Counted from the stretch's first letter, positions 8,964 to 19,669 are shown. The stretch: 64,000 nt of DNA from an uncultured Poribacteria bacterium (GCA_951813565.1 OX638351.1:1664001-1728000); one strand, 5' to 3'. Notes: generated by a model from the letters alone, not told the origin. A program made the numbers and translations.

Positions 8964-9728
8964 TTATGGTGGTGTGAGTCCTAAGAACTCGTAAGGATCA
9001 ATGCCCCCTTCTTCGTAAGGGACCAATTTGATATCCGGTGGTATATCTGCCTCGGTTAAATCATCGTCTTCGCCTCTGTTGAATTTCGCTTCTCTGATAG
9101 CACGCAAGCGTTTACCATCATCTGGATGGCCGGTACTTCCTGCGATATATCTGTATTCGCCCATCGGTGTGTTTTCTGTCTTCCATCGAACATAGCGAAT
9201 ACCTTTAATAATTGGGTATACCTTGCCATATTTCATACCAGCACCTCTTACGTCTACACCTTCCCAGCGTAGTTTTATCTGGACCCGTGCTAGCAGTTCA
9301 TGATTAGCGGATAGGTTATTCCATGTTTTCTCAGGTGTGCCTCGCCATCCTGGAGGCAAAGGCGGATAGGGTCCAAATCCGTAAGGTGACACAGGCACGG
9401 CTGCGTCTGTTTTTACATCTGATGCTGTCTTTTGAGACTTACTGTTGTCTGCAGTCTCCGACACAGAACCGGTAGTATTAACAGCTCCATTAGCAGGCGT
9501 AGTTTCCATAGAGGCAGTGTGTGGTACCCCTCTCTGCTTAATCGCTGTAGACGTTTTCATCGTTTTATAAGAGGCTTCCCTTTGCCGGAGTAACTTTTCG
9601 GCATCGGCTGCTGCTTTTCTGTCATCTGCCGTATCGTATCGGTACCAGAGGACACACGCAACGGCAAACACAATCAGGAAGGCTATGCCGCCAAGAATCC
9701 ACTTATTGGTAAGAAAATCACGAAACAT
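8964..9728 (-). CDS. Membrane-anchored hypothetical protein
   Basis: N-terminal TM helix, low-complexity linker, VSPYGFGPYP and GGIDPYEFL segments; AGGAGG RBS. Confidence 0.8.
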   Translation of the reverse strand: MFRDFLTNKWILGGIAFLIVFAVACVLWYRYDTADDRKAAADAEKLLRQREASYKTMKTSTAIKQRGVPHTASMETTPANGAVNTTGSVSETADNSKSQKTASDVKTDAAVPVSPYGFGPYPPLPPGWRGTPEKTWNNLSANHELLARVQIKLRWEGVDVRGAGMKYGKVYPIIKGIRYVRWKTENTPMGEYRYIAGSTGHPDDGKRLRAIREAKFNRGEDDDLTEADIPPDIKLVPYEEGGIDPYEFLGLTPP

Positions 9729-10019
9729 CGGACACCTCCTTTTATTTCTAACACATTCATATATGGCGTGTCTGTTGAAAAGGATAGGATAGTTCGGTCA
9801 AGCAAACCGAGTATTACATTAATGTTCTGCAATACAACGACATTAAGACAATCATATAAGTAATGGAAAAATAGTAAATTATCGTCTCAATATAATTATT
9901 ATATCAATTCTGCAAAAAAAAAATCAAGTTAAATTTGCATAAATTTGGAAATTATTAGAATTTTAAGGAATTAAGACAAAAAAATCACGAAATTTACGGA
10001 ATCCGCGCTATTTTTTGGG

Positions 10020-10360
10020 TTAAGGACTATATTTAAGCACACCCTCTGCATCAGAAAAGCGCAGATACAGTGCCCACGTCCAACTTTTCTGTTCAATGCT
10101 ACACACAACCTCGTTCCATCTGCTTTCAACTGACACGGAATCGTATCTGCATCTGGCGTGATACGGCGGTAAATCCGTTTTTTGTGGATTTCTGTTCCGT
10201 TTAGCCACACCGTAACTGTCTCATCGCTGCCTAACAGCAGAACGGTGTCCATGGCTTTTGGCGTATAGACGTAAGTAACAGCGTATCCAACCATACTTGT
10301 GTTCATTACGATTTTTGCTCGCAAATCCAGCATACCGTTCGTTGATGATTCACACAACAA
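10020..10360 (-). pseudogene. Frameshifted gene fragment (beta-sandwich, carbohydrate-binding-like domain)
   Basis: YAVTYVY...LGSDE..VWLNG...CQLKA continues in another frame as WNEVVCSIEQKSWTWALYLRF; shift near 10120; no N-terminus. Confidence 0.6.
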
Positions 10361-10430
10361 TTTATTTGCAATGAAAACACGCGTATGCTAAAATAATATC
10401 AGTCGTAGCGTTGCATATAGAGGAGAGAAG

Positions 10431-13400
10431 ATGAATTACGCAGAACTGCCGCTCCCACAACGTCAAAGAGACGAAATCCATCAAATTTTATCGGACGCAT
10501 CCGATAGAGACGGAGGCGTGGATAATGACTCTATATTGCGAAGTCTACAAGAACTTGCCACTGACGATACCGACATCCAAACCTGTTTTGCCGAGATCGT
10601 CATCCCGATATTAGAAACTTGCCTAAATTCACCTAATCCTGAAGCTGCCTTAAATAATTTTTCGCGTTTTGCACGTGTAACGTTTAACCGAAAATGGATT
10701 TATCAATTCTTGCGAGATGCACCGTTTCTGATGCAGACCGTGATGCTCAGTTTCGGCGCGTCCTCATATCTGTCCGATATTCTGATTCGCAATCCGATCT
10801 ATTTTTATGACATCATTGATGTGAACGTGATGGACGCCACGAAAACACGCGACATCATGTATGACGAGCTCGCTACGGCACTCAGTAGATATAAAGATAT
10901 TGATCAGAAACTTCAGATAATTCGGCGATACAAGCGTCGCGAAAGCCTTCGCATAGCACTCCGTGATCTTCTCCAGGTAGTAGCCGTTGAAACAACGACA
11001 TTGGAGATGAGCAATTTGGCAGAAGCAGCGTTGCAACACTGCTATGAAATTGGCTGCGATCAGATCATAAAGCCAAAGTTTGGCACACCGCTAAATGAAG
11101 AAGGCACCGCTCCCTGCCGCTTTGCTGTTATCGGAATGGGAAAATTCGGGGGATATGAACTCAACTTTAGTTCTGATATTGACCTAATTTTTGTTTATTC
11201 AGATGAAGGACAAACCGATAAAGGTGTTGATAATAGTGAATATTACACACGTTTGTGTGAGTTTTTAATTAAAGCGATGAGCGAAGTAACGGTGGAAGGC
11301 TATGTGTTTCGTGTGGATATTCGTTTGCGTCCGGAGAGCAGCGCTGGGGTCATTATTCGTTCTATGGAAAGCTATGAAAGTTATTATGAAGGATGGGGCG
11401 ATTTATGGGAACGTCAAGCGTTGATAAAAGCGCGTCCGGTCGCTGGGGATATGGCATTTGGAGATGAATTCATCCGCATGATTCAGCCGTTTGTGTATCA
11501 ACGCTATTTAGATGGGGTAACGCTTAATGAAATTAAGGTAGACATTCGGAATACGAAAGCGCGCATAGAGGAACGGCTTATAGGAGAGAGGACAGACCTT
11601 GAAAAGCATGTCAAACTTGGTCCGGGTGCTATTCGGGATATTGAGTTTACTGTCCAATGCCTCCAGATGATACATGGTGGACAGCAAAAGTCACTCTGCT
11701 CACAGAATACGTTGGAGACACTTGAAGCGTTGAAGGCTAACGAATTGTTGGAAACGGAAGATGCTGATACCTTATCAGATGCTTATCGGTTTTTACGAAG
11801 GCTTGAAAACAGTATCCAAATAGAGGCGGACCAACAACGTTACGCAATTCCGGCAAAAGAGGAGGAGGAGATTCAACTTGCTCGACGTTTGAAATACCAT
11901 GACGCACCGCTTGAAACATTCCGACAAGATTACCAAACCCATACAGCACGTGTCCGTGAAATCTTTGAAAAAGTGATGGACGTCCGTGAACCAAACCAGT
12001 TAGATATCCCTGTGCTGCTTAGCCAAGATGACTCAGAAGAGATTCAGGAACAATTGAGTAAGTTCGGTTTTGAGAATGTGCGTGAAGCACATCGCTTGTT
12101 GCGACAACTTGCCAACGGTAGTGATGGACAGCAGTTCTCCCCCGCAGTCAGACGTGCATTCTTCAAACTCGCTCCGAGTCTCCTGAAATATTTGCGTGCA
12201 GCCCCCGATCCAGATATGGCACTTCGCTATTTTGATGCATTTGCCGCTAAAGTCGGTGCGCGGAGCAGCTACTACACCATGTTTATGGAAAGACAAGGGG
12301 TACTTGAAGCACTCATAAGTGTCTGCGGTTCAAGCCTTTACTTGGCAGATTTACTGATTGCCAGTCCAGAACTGTTTGATTTGTTGACAGTGCCGACTTT
12401 CACCGAATCCCCGAAGACACTCGCCCAAAAACAGGAAGAGGTTTTACAACTCGTCGCGGATACATCTGATGTTCACGTGCTTAGAGCGCTTAGACGTTAC
12501 AAGAACGATGAGATTTGGCGCATCGCCTTACGAAACATCCTCGGTAACGCTGACCTTCCAACAACGACCAAAGAACTCTCCGATTTGGCCGAAGCAATCC
12601 TGCAAGCCGTCTATCCGAAGATTGACGCGCAGCTACGCGAAGAACGCGGTATCCCAATGAGCGATGACGGAACACCCGTGACTTTCGCCATCATTGCAAT
12701 GGGGAAATTTGGAGGACGTGAACTTAACTTTAGCTCAGATTTAGATGTGATGTGTGTCTACACAGCAGATGGTGAAACAACTCAAGGAATGCCAAATTCG
12801 GAGTTTTTCTCGCTTCTCGGTTTAGAATTAGTAAAGCAACTTGGTGGGGATCACGGAATGAGTATTTATGAGATCGACCTACGGCTCCGTCCCTATGGCA
12901 CAGGTGGCGCGATCGCATTGCCGTTGTCGGGATACCAGCATTACTATGACCATACTGCAGAAATCTGGGAACGGCAGGCACTCACACGCGCCCGCGTCGT
13001 GGTAGGAGATGTGGAAGGAGTAGGAAACCAATTTATGGAGATCGCACACGCCTTTTGCTATAAGCAACCACTCACTTCTGAAGATATCTCCGAGATTGTG
13101 CGGACACGCCAACGGAAAGAAGCACAAGCCACACGAAAAACTAAACCACGACGTAGACGGAGTGGAAAAGTCAGTAAACCTACTGCTAATGTAAAGTCAG
13201 GATACGGAGGACTTGTTGATATTGAATTTGCTGTGCAAACCCTTCAACTGATACATGGAACCGATACAATTTCAGTCCGTGTGCCGAATACGCTTCTTGC
13301 AATTGACAGATTGCACGCTATTAGCGTTCTGACAGAGGCACAGCGTACAGGATTATCAGAAGCGTATCAATTTCTTCGGCGCGTGGAAAATGCATTACGG

Positions 13401-13580
13401 ATTGTTCACGACCGCGCGTTGGATGCGTTGCCTACAAATCGGGCAGAATTGACGCAATTAGCCCGTCGGCTCGGATACGTGGAAACGGAAGATACCTCTA
13501 TCGTGGAGACTTTTTTGCAGGATTATGGAAAGTGGACCGAAAAGACTCGTGCGCTTTTCAATGAGATCCTTGTTAATTGA
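10431..13580 (+). CDS. glnE: Bifunctional glutamine synthetase adenylyltransferase/adenylyl-removing enzyme
   Basis: Two MGKFGGxELNFSSDxD nucleotidyltransferase motifs; DxRLRP, WERQAL and DIEFxVQ each present twice. Confidence 0.95.
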   Translation: MNYAELPLPQRQRDEIHQILSDASDRDGGVDNDSILRSLQELATDDTDIQTCFAEIVIPILETCLNSPNPEAALNNFSRFARVTFNRKWIYQFLRDAPFLMQTVMLSFGASSYLSDILIRNPIYFYDIIDVNVMDATKTRDIMYDELATALSRYKDIDQKLQIIRRYKRRESLRIALRDLLQVVAVETTTLEMSNLAEAALQHCYEIGCDQIIKPKFGTPLNEEGTAPCRFAVIGMGKFGGYELNFSSDIDLIFVYSDEGQTDKGVDNSEYYTRLCEFLIKAMSEVTVEGYVFRVDIRLRPESSAGVIIRSMESYESYYEGWGDLWERQALIKARPVAGDMAFGDEFIRMIQPFVYQRYLDGVTLNEIKVDIRNTKARIEERLIGERTDLEKHVKLGPGAIRDIEFTVQCLQMIHGGQQKSLCSQNTLETLEALKANELLETEDADTLSDAYRFLRRLENSIQIEADQQRYAIPAKEEEEIQLARRLKYHDAPLETFRQDYQTHTARVREIFEKVMDVREPNQLDIPVLLSQDDSEEIQEQLSKFGFENVREAHRLLRQLANGSDGQQFSPAVRRAFFKLAPSLLKYLRAAPDPDMALRYFDAFAAKVGARSSYYTMFMERQGVLEALISVCGSSLYLADLLIASPELFDLLTVPTFTESPKTLAQKQEEVLQLVADTSDVHVLRALRRYKNDEIWRIALRNILGNADLPTTTKELSDLAEAILQAVYPKIDAQLREERGIPMSDDGTPVTFAIIAMGKFGGRELNFSSDLDVMCVYTADGETTQGMPNSEFFSLLGLELVKQLGGDHGMSIYEIDLRLRPYGTGGAIALPLSGYQHYYDHTAEIWERQALTRARVVVGDVEGVGNQFMEIAHAFCYKQPLTSEDISEIVRTRQRKEAQATRKTKPRRRRSGKVSKPTANVKSGYGGLVDIEFAVQTLQLIHGTDTISVRVPNTLLAIDRLHAISVLTEAQRTGLSEAYQFLRRVENALRIVHDRALDALPTNRAELTQLARRLGYVETEDTSIVETFLQDYGKWTEKTRALFNEILVN

Positions 13581-13589
13581 ATCGAGGAC

Positions 13590-13850
13590 GTAGGTTGGGT
13601 AGAGTTTGCGAAACCCATAAATCAACGCAGCATGCGCGTATGGCATGCTGCGGGTGTAAACTTAAGAAAAAAATGCTGGATTTTCTCTTGTGGGAGGGAG
13701 ACCTTGTCCGACCGATTTTCGAGATTCAACCAAGTAAATCCGGGTTGAAAACCCGACAAATACCATACGCGTATTTGGCGTTGATTCACTCCCACAAGAA
13801 GATATATCCTTAGAGTTGACACGTATAGGCAGAGTTTGCGAAATCCAACA
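13590..13850. repeat. Composite REP/MITE-like element (family A)
   Basis: Ends cccata.../...gttgacacgtatagg; agagtttgcgaaa duplicated at 13601 and 13831; homologous to 24965-25225 and 40830-41115. Confidence 0.7.
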
Positions 13851-13959
13851 ACCGAACACTAAAATATCGCTCTGGTAGGCGCGCTTTGTAAGCACGCCTA
13901 CAGTGGAAGGTTCTGTCTTTTTATCTGTAACAAAAATACAAAACCTTAAGGAGACATTC

Positions 13960-15018
13960 ATGGCATCCGATTCGTCACCTATCAGTCCCCGTTTCCCGAA
14001 AAATGTTATTATATGCATCGGGGACGGGATGGGTTTTGAAGCAGTCAAAGCCGCGGGCTACTACGCATTGGGCGAAACGGGAACCCTGTCCTTTGAGGCG
14101 TTTCCTCACCAGGCAGAATTGAAAACTTATGCAGCAAACACACCGATGACTGACTCCGCCGCTGCTGCAACCGCCATAGCGACAGGACACAAGGTCAACA
14201 ACGGTGTTATTAGTATGGAGATCCCGGGCACTGGCACCTCACTGAAGACGCTCCTTGAGGTTTCTAAGGAATTGGGCAAAAGAACCGGCCTCGTCTCAAC
14301 AACCTACATCACCCATGCGACCCCCGCTGCTTTTGGCGCACACAACTCGCAACGTAACAACCTCGGTGAAATCGCACATGATTACCTCCATCTCACCCGT
14401 CCCAACGTGCTGTTGGGAGGCGGTGGCAATGGAATTACAGAGGAGAGGGCAGAATCCGCTGGTTATACAGTCGTAACTGATCGAGAGGAACTGCTTACCC
14501 TCAACACCAATACGGAAACCTTTGTTTCTGGACAGTTCGGGCAGACCAATATCCCGTATATGTATGAAGGAGCTAACAATCTACCACATTTGTCAGAAAT
14601 GGCAAATGTGGCGTTAGATATTCTCTCTAACAACGAAAATGGGTTTTTCCTGCTTTTGGAAGGTGGACGCATTGATCATGCTGGACATTCTAACGATATA
14701 GAACGTCAACTTTTAGAGACAATTGAGTTTTCTAAAGCGGTGCAAACCGTTTATGATTGGGTGTCAGATGATGCGGATACCGTTATTCTTGTTACCGCTG
14801 ACCACGAAACCGGTGGATTGAAGGTACATAAAAACAACGGACAAGGAAAAGTGCCTGAAATCTCTTGGACGACTGGTGGACATACTGTGAGTAATGTACC
14901 GCTTTACGGTTGGGGAAAGAACGCAGAACGCGTTGAAGGTGTCATGAACAATACGGATTTGATTAAAGTGGTATCAAGCGATAGTGATTTAGGTGAGGTA
15001 CAACTTCCACTATTATAG
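13960..15018 (+). CDS. Alkaline phosphatase (PhoA family)
   Basis: IGDGMG, TDSAAAATA, THATPA, EGGRIDHAGH, TADHETGG; AAGGAG RBS before ATG 13960. Confidence 0.9.
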   Translation: MASDSSPISPRFPKNVIICIGDGMGFEAVKAAGYYALGETGTLSFEAFPHQAELKTYAANTPMTDSAAAATAIATGHKVNNGVISMEIPGTGTSLKTLLEVSKELGKRTGLVSTTYITHATPAAFGAHNSQRNNLGEIAHDYLHLTRPNVLLGGGGNGITEERAESAGYTVVTDREELLTLNTNTETFVSGQFGQTNIPYMYEGANNLPHLSEMANVALDILSNNENGFFLLLEGGRIDHAGHSNDIERQLLETIEFSKAVQTVYDWVSDDADTVILVTADHETGGLKVHKNNGQGKVPEISWTTGGHTVSNVPLYGWGKNAERVEGVMNNTDLIKVVSSDSDLGEVQLPLL

Positions 15019-15059
15019 TGCCATTTTTGTATGATAGCTTTCATAAACAAAACATGCGT

Positions 15060-15377
15060 TTGTAGTCGCGCAATTTATTGCGCCTCTTATACCAAATTAA
15101 CCTAATCTGTAGCGCGAGGTCTCTGTGCCTCGCAATATTGACTTGCCCAAGAAACACCTAATCAAGTTAATTTGGTATAATACCAAATTAACCTAATACC
15201 ATTTCTAATTGACAAAATGTCATAATATATTGTAGGTCGGGTAGAGGAACGAAACCCGCCAAGTGCCAAATGTGCACTTGGCGTTGATTTGGACAGGACG
15301 CTATAAAAAGTCGGGTTTCGCTACCGCTTCTACCCGACCTACGAAATAATGCCACATAATCATTTAGAAATGGTATT
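15060..15377. repeat. Cluster of GTAG-REP hairpins and TIR-bounded mini elements
   Basis: ataccaaattaac/gttaatttggtat and ataccatttcta/tagaaatggtat inverted pairs; the same pairs recur at 31867-32127. Confidence 0.7.
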
Positions 15378-15534
15378 AGAATTTTATCATAGATTATGCC
15401 GTTGCGTCAATTTTCTTATTTCTCCCAGAGGTGTTCTGTTTTAGAGTTTTTCTCAACATTAACACCTGGAAATGAGGAAATTGCGTTCGTCTCGCATACA
15501 ATATACAAAAATGCCCTAAAAAGAAAAAAAATTG

Positions 15535-15623
15535 TTGACAAAAAACATGAAATGTTGTATGATAACTAAAAATGTAAAATTACTTATAAAGTGATTGACA
15601 TTTTTGGTAAAGTTATGTATACT
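15535..15623 (+). promoter_or_regulatory. Tandem sigma70-type promoters
   Basis: TTGACA-N17-TATGAT (15535-15563) and TTGACA-N17-TATACT (15595-15623). Confidence 0.6.
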
Positions 15624-16659
15624 TTACAAGAAGGTGTAATAGATGCACAGGATGCATCTGTTGCCCCTGGGCACGCTTCACCCCTCCCCCGCGAGGGGGC
15701 GCGTCGACAGTGGTGTTAGCATTTATCCACTATCAACGCGTAGCCATGCCATAATGCAACTATGACAAGGTTGGTTTTCATTTTAACACAAGTATCACGC
15801 TTGCTGTTATAGAAATATGAAAGCCAGCGAGCCCGAAGGAAACCGTTGACAGCAACTTTCCATTTTCCTGCCAACTTCTCCTTTCGGGTCTGTCACATTT
15901 AGAAAGATCGCTGGACGCTTTTTTTGTCCAGTCCGATAAATTCAACGATATGCTCGGGAGAGTATATCTACTCATTAAGGAGAAAAAAATGAAATTTAGA
16001 TCAATTAGCATCGCCGTGACGATGCTACTTTCCTTATCTTTGTTCGGCATTCCCAGAAGAGTGATGCCTTTGAGATCACATATATGTATGTATGGGCCGA
16101 TAATGATTTCGGTGATGGTGCAAATGCGACTGCTTATGTGAATACAGATGAAGACATCGTCTGTATAAGGTGGTCTGTTGACGATGTCTATAGCCATACA
16201 ACTCATTACGGTGCGGGCACGCGCTTTGCCTCTGAGATATTCACGCTCACGGGGAGCATTAAAGGTGAAAAATATACTATCGAAGCAGAAGTCTCGTTCT
16301 GGGATGGTGATAATTGTGTATCGGATACCGATTCGTATAAGTTCCGGATGTTTAAACCGATCGACTCGCCTCAAAACGGTCCCGGTCAAAATACGGGTGC
16401 CTCGGGACACGCAGTGATTTCAAGTTTCTACTATGACGGTTCGTCTATTATTATGTCTTCTTACGCCTATGCCTATAACCCAAGAAATAATCCGAAGGCG
16501 AAAGACCCAGACGATAACCCACTACAGGTTTTGGCGTGGTTCCGAACGCAGGAATACCCTGCACCCGATGGTGCCGCGGGAAATGAACATCGAGATACCA
16601 AAGACTCCGAAATTATTACAGTGGGTGAAACCTCTAAGAATTTTACCCCCGGTCCTAAT

Positions 16660-18338
16660 CTTACTATTACCCATAAGTCGAAATTCTTACTATTGATCAT
16701 AAATTCGACATAAAGTGCAGACATCTATTTTCTTGATTTACATTCACCTGTGCTGTCAAGATAAGTGTATTTTCGCTTGGGTCATTGGGTCATAATATAC
16801 TTGCATATCAAGAACATTTGTGTTATGTTCAATAGATATTATTACCAACACAAGTAACACTTATGGATCTGATACATTGGAGTGAATAATGATGTCTACA
16901 AACAAGAAAGAGTTATCTACATCTTGGAGTATTGAAGAGTTTACGGGTCTTGATTTGGGAGATGCCCGTCTAAATAAAAGGTTGCTCAGCGTTGCAGATG
17001 CGTTGGCGGCACATCCTACCGCAACCATCAACGCTGCGTGTGGCGATTGGGCATCGGTGAAGGGTGCCTATCGTTTATTTGATAATGAAAAGGTTTCTTC
17101 AGAGAAGATATTGGCACCTCACTTTAGACAGACGATTGCGCGGATGTGTGCGTATCAGCGTGTGTTTGCTATACAAGATACAACCTATCTGGATTACACC
17201 GATCACCCGTCAACAGAAGGTTTAGGTCCGATTGGTGCCTCGTCTCATCACCATTATGGTTTTGTCAAACACACGACACTCATCGTGAGTGGGTCGGGGC
17301 TCCCGCTTGGGTGTTTGACAGATAAAGTGTGGGTTCGGGATGCGCCGACACAAGAAAAAAAACGGAAATCCAGACCGCTGGTAGAAAAAGAGAGCTACAA
17401 GTGGATTGAAGCAGTGTCGGCAATAAAATCCGAAGCCCCAGAAGGTGTTGAGGTGATTTGCATTTGTGATCGTGAAGCTGATATTTATGAGTTTTTCGTT
17501 GAAGCACAAGAGATGCCTTTTGTAATGCGTGCTGCGCAAGATCGTGTGGTTGATAATGATGTTGGTAGATTGCGTGCTTTAGCAGAAAGTCTACCGGTTG
17601 CTGGTGAGTTTAGCATACAAGTTGCAGCGCGTGGTGCCCAACCTGCCCGAGAAGCAACTCTGAGCGTTAGTTTCACAAAAACGACGCTTCTCCCACCGCA
17701 TCGTTCGCAAGCATCACGCTCCCAAGAGCTGCCTGCTGTGGAAATATATCTCGTATGGGTGATAGAGACGAACCCACCCGATGGCACAACACCTGTGGAA
17801 TGGCTGCTCCTTACAAATGTGAAAGTGACAGATTTCTCAGATGCGATTGAACGGGTAGACTGGTATACGCAACGCTGGCACATTGAAGTCTATTTCAAAA
17901 TCCTCAAATCAGGAACGAAAGTTGAGGAAGTCCGCTTCCAAACCCAAGAGAGACTCCTACGCTTTATTGCCCTGCTGAGCGTGATTGCTTGGCGTCTTTA
18001 TTGGTTGACAATCATCAATCGGCAGGCACCGGATACGGACTGCACACATATATTGACTGAAGTTGAGTGGAAAGCACTTTACTGTATAACACATAAGACG
18101 CACATTTTACCGAAAAAACTACCAACTGTGTCTGAAGTCGTTGTTTGGATCGCCAAACTGGGTGGCTTTTTAGGACGAAAGTCCGATGGTAAACCTGGAG
18201 TGACCGTTATTTGGAGAGGATGGCAAAGGCTTAGTGATATTTCTGACACCTTTGCTCTTTTTCACCAATACACACAAAACAATATCGGTCAGAACCTTAT
18301 TGATGGACATGTTCCATAAACTTATGGGTAATAGTAAG
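16660..18338 (+). mobile_element. Complete IS4-family insertion sequence (1679 bp)
   Basis: Perfect 19-bp TIRs cttactattacccataagt / acttatgggtaatagtaag; 9-bp TSD ggtcctaat at 16651-16659 and 18339-18347. Confidence 0.95.
16889..18319 (+). CDS. IS4-family (IS50/Tn5-like) transposase
   Basis: LGDARLNKR, IQDTT, EKESYKW, CDREADIYE, YTQRWHIEVYFKILKSG (YREK-type), LGGFLGRKSDGKPG. Confidence 0.95.
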   Translation: MMSTNKKELSTSWSIEEFTGLDLGDARLNKRLLSVADALAAHPTATINAACGDWASVKGAYRLFDNEKVSSEKILAPHFRQTIARMCAYQRVFAIQDTTYLDYTDHPSTEGLGPIGASSHHHYGFVKHTTLIVSGSGLPLGCLTDKVWVRDAPTQEKKRKSRPLVEKESYKWIEAVSAIKSEAPEGVEVICICDREADIYEFFVEAQEMPFVMRAAQDRVVDNDVGRLRALAESLPVAGEFSIQVAARGAQPAREATLSVSFTKTTLLPPHRSQASRSQELPAVEIYLVWVIETNPPDGTTPVEWLLLTNVKVTDFSDAIERVDWYTQRWHIEVYFKILKSGTKVEEVRFQTQERLLRFIALLSVIAWRLYWLTIINRQAPDTDCTHILTEVEWKALYCITHKTHILPKKLPTVSEVVVWIAKLGGFLGRKSDGKPGVTVIWRGWQRLSDISDTFALFHQYTQNNIGQNLIDGHVP

Positions 18339-18614
18339 GGTCCTAATACGGACCCCGAGCCGTGGGCTGGCGGAGGGGCACCCTTCGATCGTTTTGTCGG
18401 CGACCTGGGCGATGATGCGGTTTATTATAACGCGCATACGCACCTTGTGGTGTCTACAACAAAGGGCCCTCACAAGGAGGACCACTGGGAAGCAGATACA
18501 CAACAACAGACAGGCACCGCTGCTGTGACGTTTACTTCGGACGATGGGCCATAACCCTATTGCAACGGCAGAGGACATGCGCCCCTGCCATTCCTTCTTT
18601 TAAGGAGCAGAACC

Positions 18615-19643
18615 GTGAAAAGACACAAAGTTGTTATGTTGTGCCTGTTACTGCTACTGCTTGCGTCTACCTTAGTCCATACCAAAATCGTTTTTAATTC
18701 AGTACGCGATGGTATTTATGGGATCTACGTGATGGATGATGATGGCAGCAACCAGACACTGCTTACCGACGCGTTCCGTCCCCGCTTACCGAGTTGGTCT
18801 CCCGACGGCAGACAGATTTTATTTCGAAGATTTGTGCATGGTAGTGCTATTCTTTGCTTGATGAATCCAGACAGCACAAACATTCGTCAACTCACAAAAG
18901 CTGATTATATCGATAGAGCTTCATTTTCACCGGACGGCAAATTTCTCGTTTTTAGGAGAACGATTGAGGATCCCGGTGATTGGAAAAACCGCACCGTCGT
19001 CCTCAATATAGAAACGGGAAAGATGAAAGAGATCTCGGATTTCTGGGGTGTCCAACATGATTGGTCGCCGGATGGCAAGCATATAATATGTGCGGAACCT
19101 TGGACGCACGGTGTCAATAATACGATTTGGATTATGGCAGCGGATGGTCACAACCTACGCCCACTGATACCCACAGCGGCTTTCGACGGAGAGTTCATGA
19201 TTCACCGTAAATATCCGCGCTGGTCGCCGGATAGTCAACAGATTGTGTTCACCCAGGTAGAGTGGAAAACCGTGCGTCAGATGAATGCCCGGGAAGGCCC
19301 TTTCTACAAGGCGTTTCGGTATATGATCTGTAATCGCAACGGAGAAAACCTCAGAGTGCTCCCTATACCGAAGGGCATGCAAGGGTTTAGCGTTGACTGG
19401 ATGGATGACGGTGAATCCATCGTTTTTAGTGCGCGTGCTGACATCCCTTTGAACCAACCGCTACCGGGTGATTTTGAGTTTCCACCACCGAATATCTATA
19501 AGTATCATATCCGGACACGCGATATGACACGGCTCACAAACCATCCGGGCCGTGATTACGGGTTGGACTGGATCAGTGATGATGTGCTTTCTGTAACACC
19601 ACAAGGCAAAAAAAAAATAACGTGGGGGGCAATTAAGGAGTAA
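18615..19643 (+). CDS. Secreted TolB-like (PD40) beta-propeller protein
   Basis: Signal peptide; WSPDG/FSPDG repeats; C-terminal VTPQGKKKITWGAIKE. Confidence 0.85.
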   Translation: MKRHKVVMLCLLLLLLASTLVHTKIVFNSVRDGIYGIYVMDDDGSNQTLLTDAFRPRLPSWSPDGRQILFRRFVHGSAILCLMNPDSTNIRQLTKADYIDRASFSPDGKFLVFRRTIEDPGDWKNRTVVLNIETGKMKEISDFWGVQHDWSPDGKHIICAEPWTHGVNNTIWIMAADGHNLRPLIPTAAFDGEFMIHRKYPRWSPDSQQIVFTQVEWKTVRQMNAREGPFYKAFRYMICNRNGENLRVLPIPKGMQGFSVDWMDDGESIVFSARADIPLNQPLPGDFEFPPPNIYKYHIRTRDMTRLTNHPGRDYGLDWISDDVLSVTPQGKKKITWGAIKE

Positions 19644-19669
19644 GTCGTCTGCTGTAACATCATATTTTG

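Larger units (their letters stand above)
15989..18554 (+). pseudogene. Secreted hypothetical protein gene (~292 aa reconstructed), frameshifted and split by an IS
   Basis: AAGGAG RBS plus signal peptide MKFRSISIAV...; 1-nt shift near 16050; removing the IS and one TSD copy restores NFTPGPN-TDPEPW in frame. Confidence 0.8.

Noticed and set aside
15778..16410. 210-aa minus-strand ORF and the many other antisense or overlapping ORFs in the track
   Set aside because: Shadow frames of well-supported genes, with no motifs or RBS.
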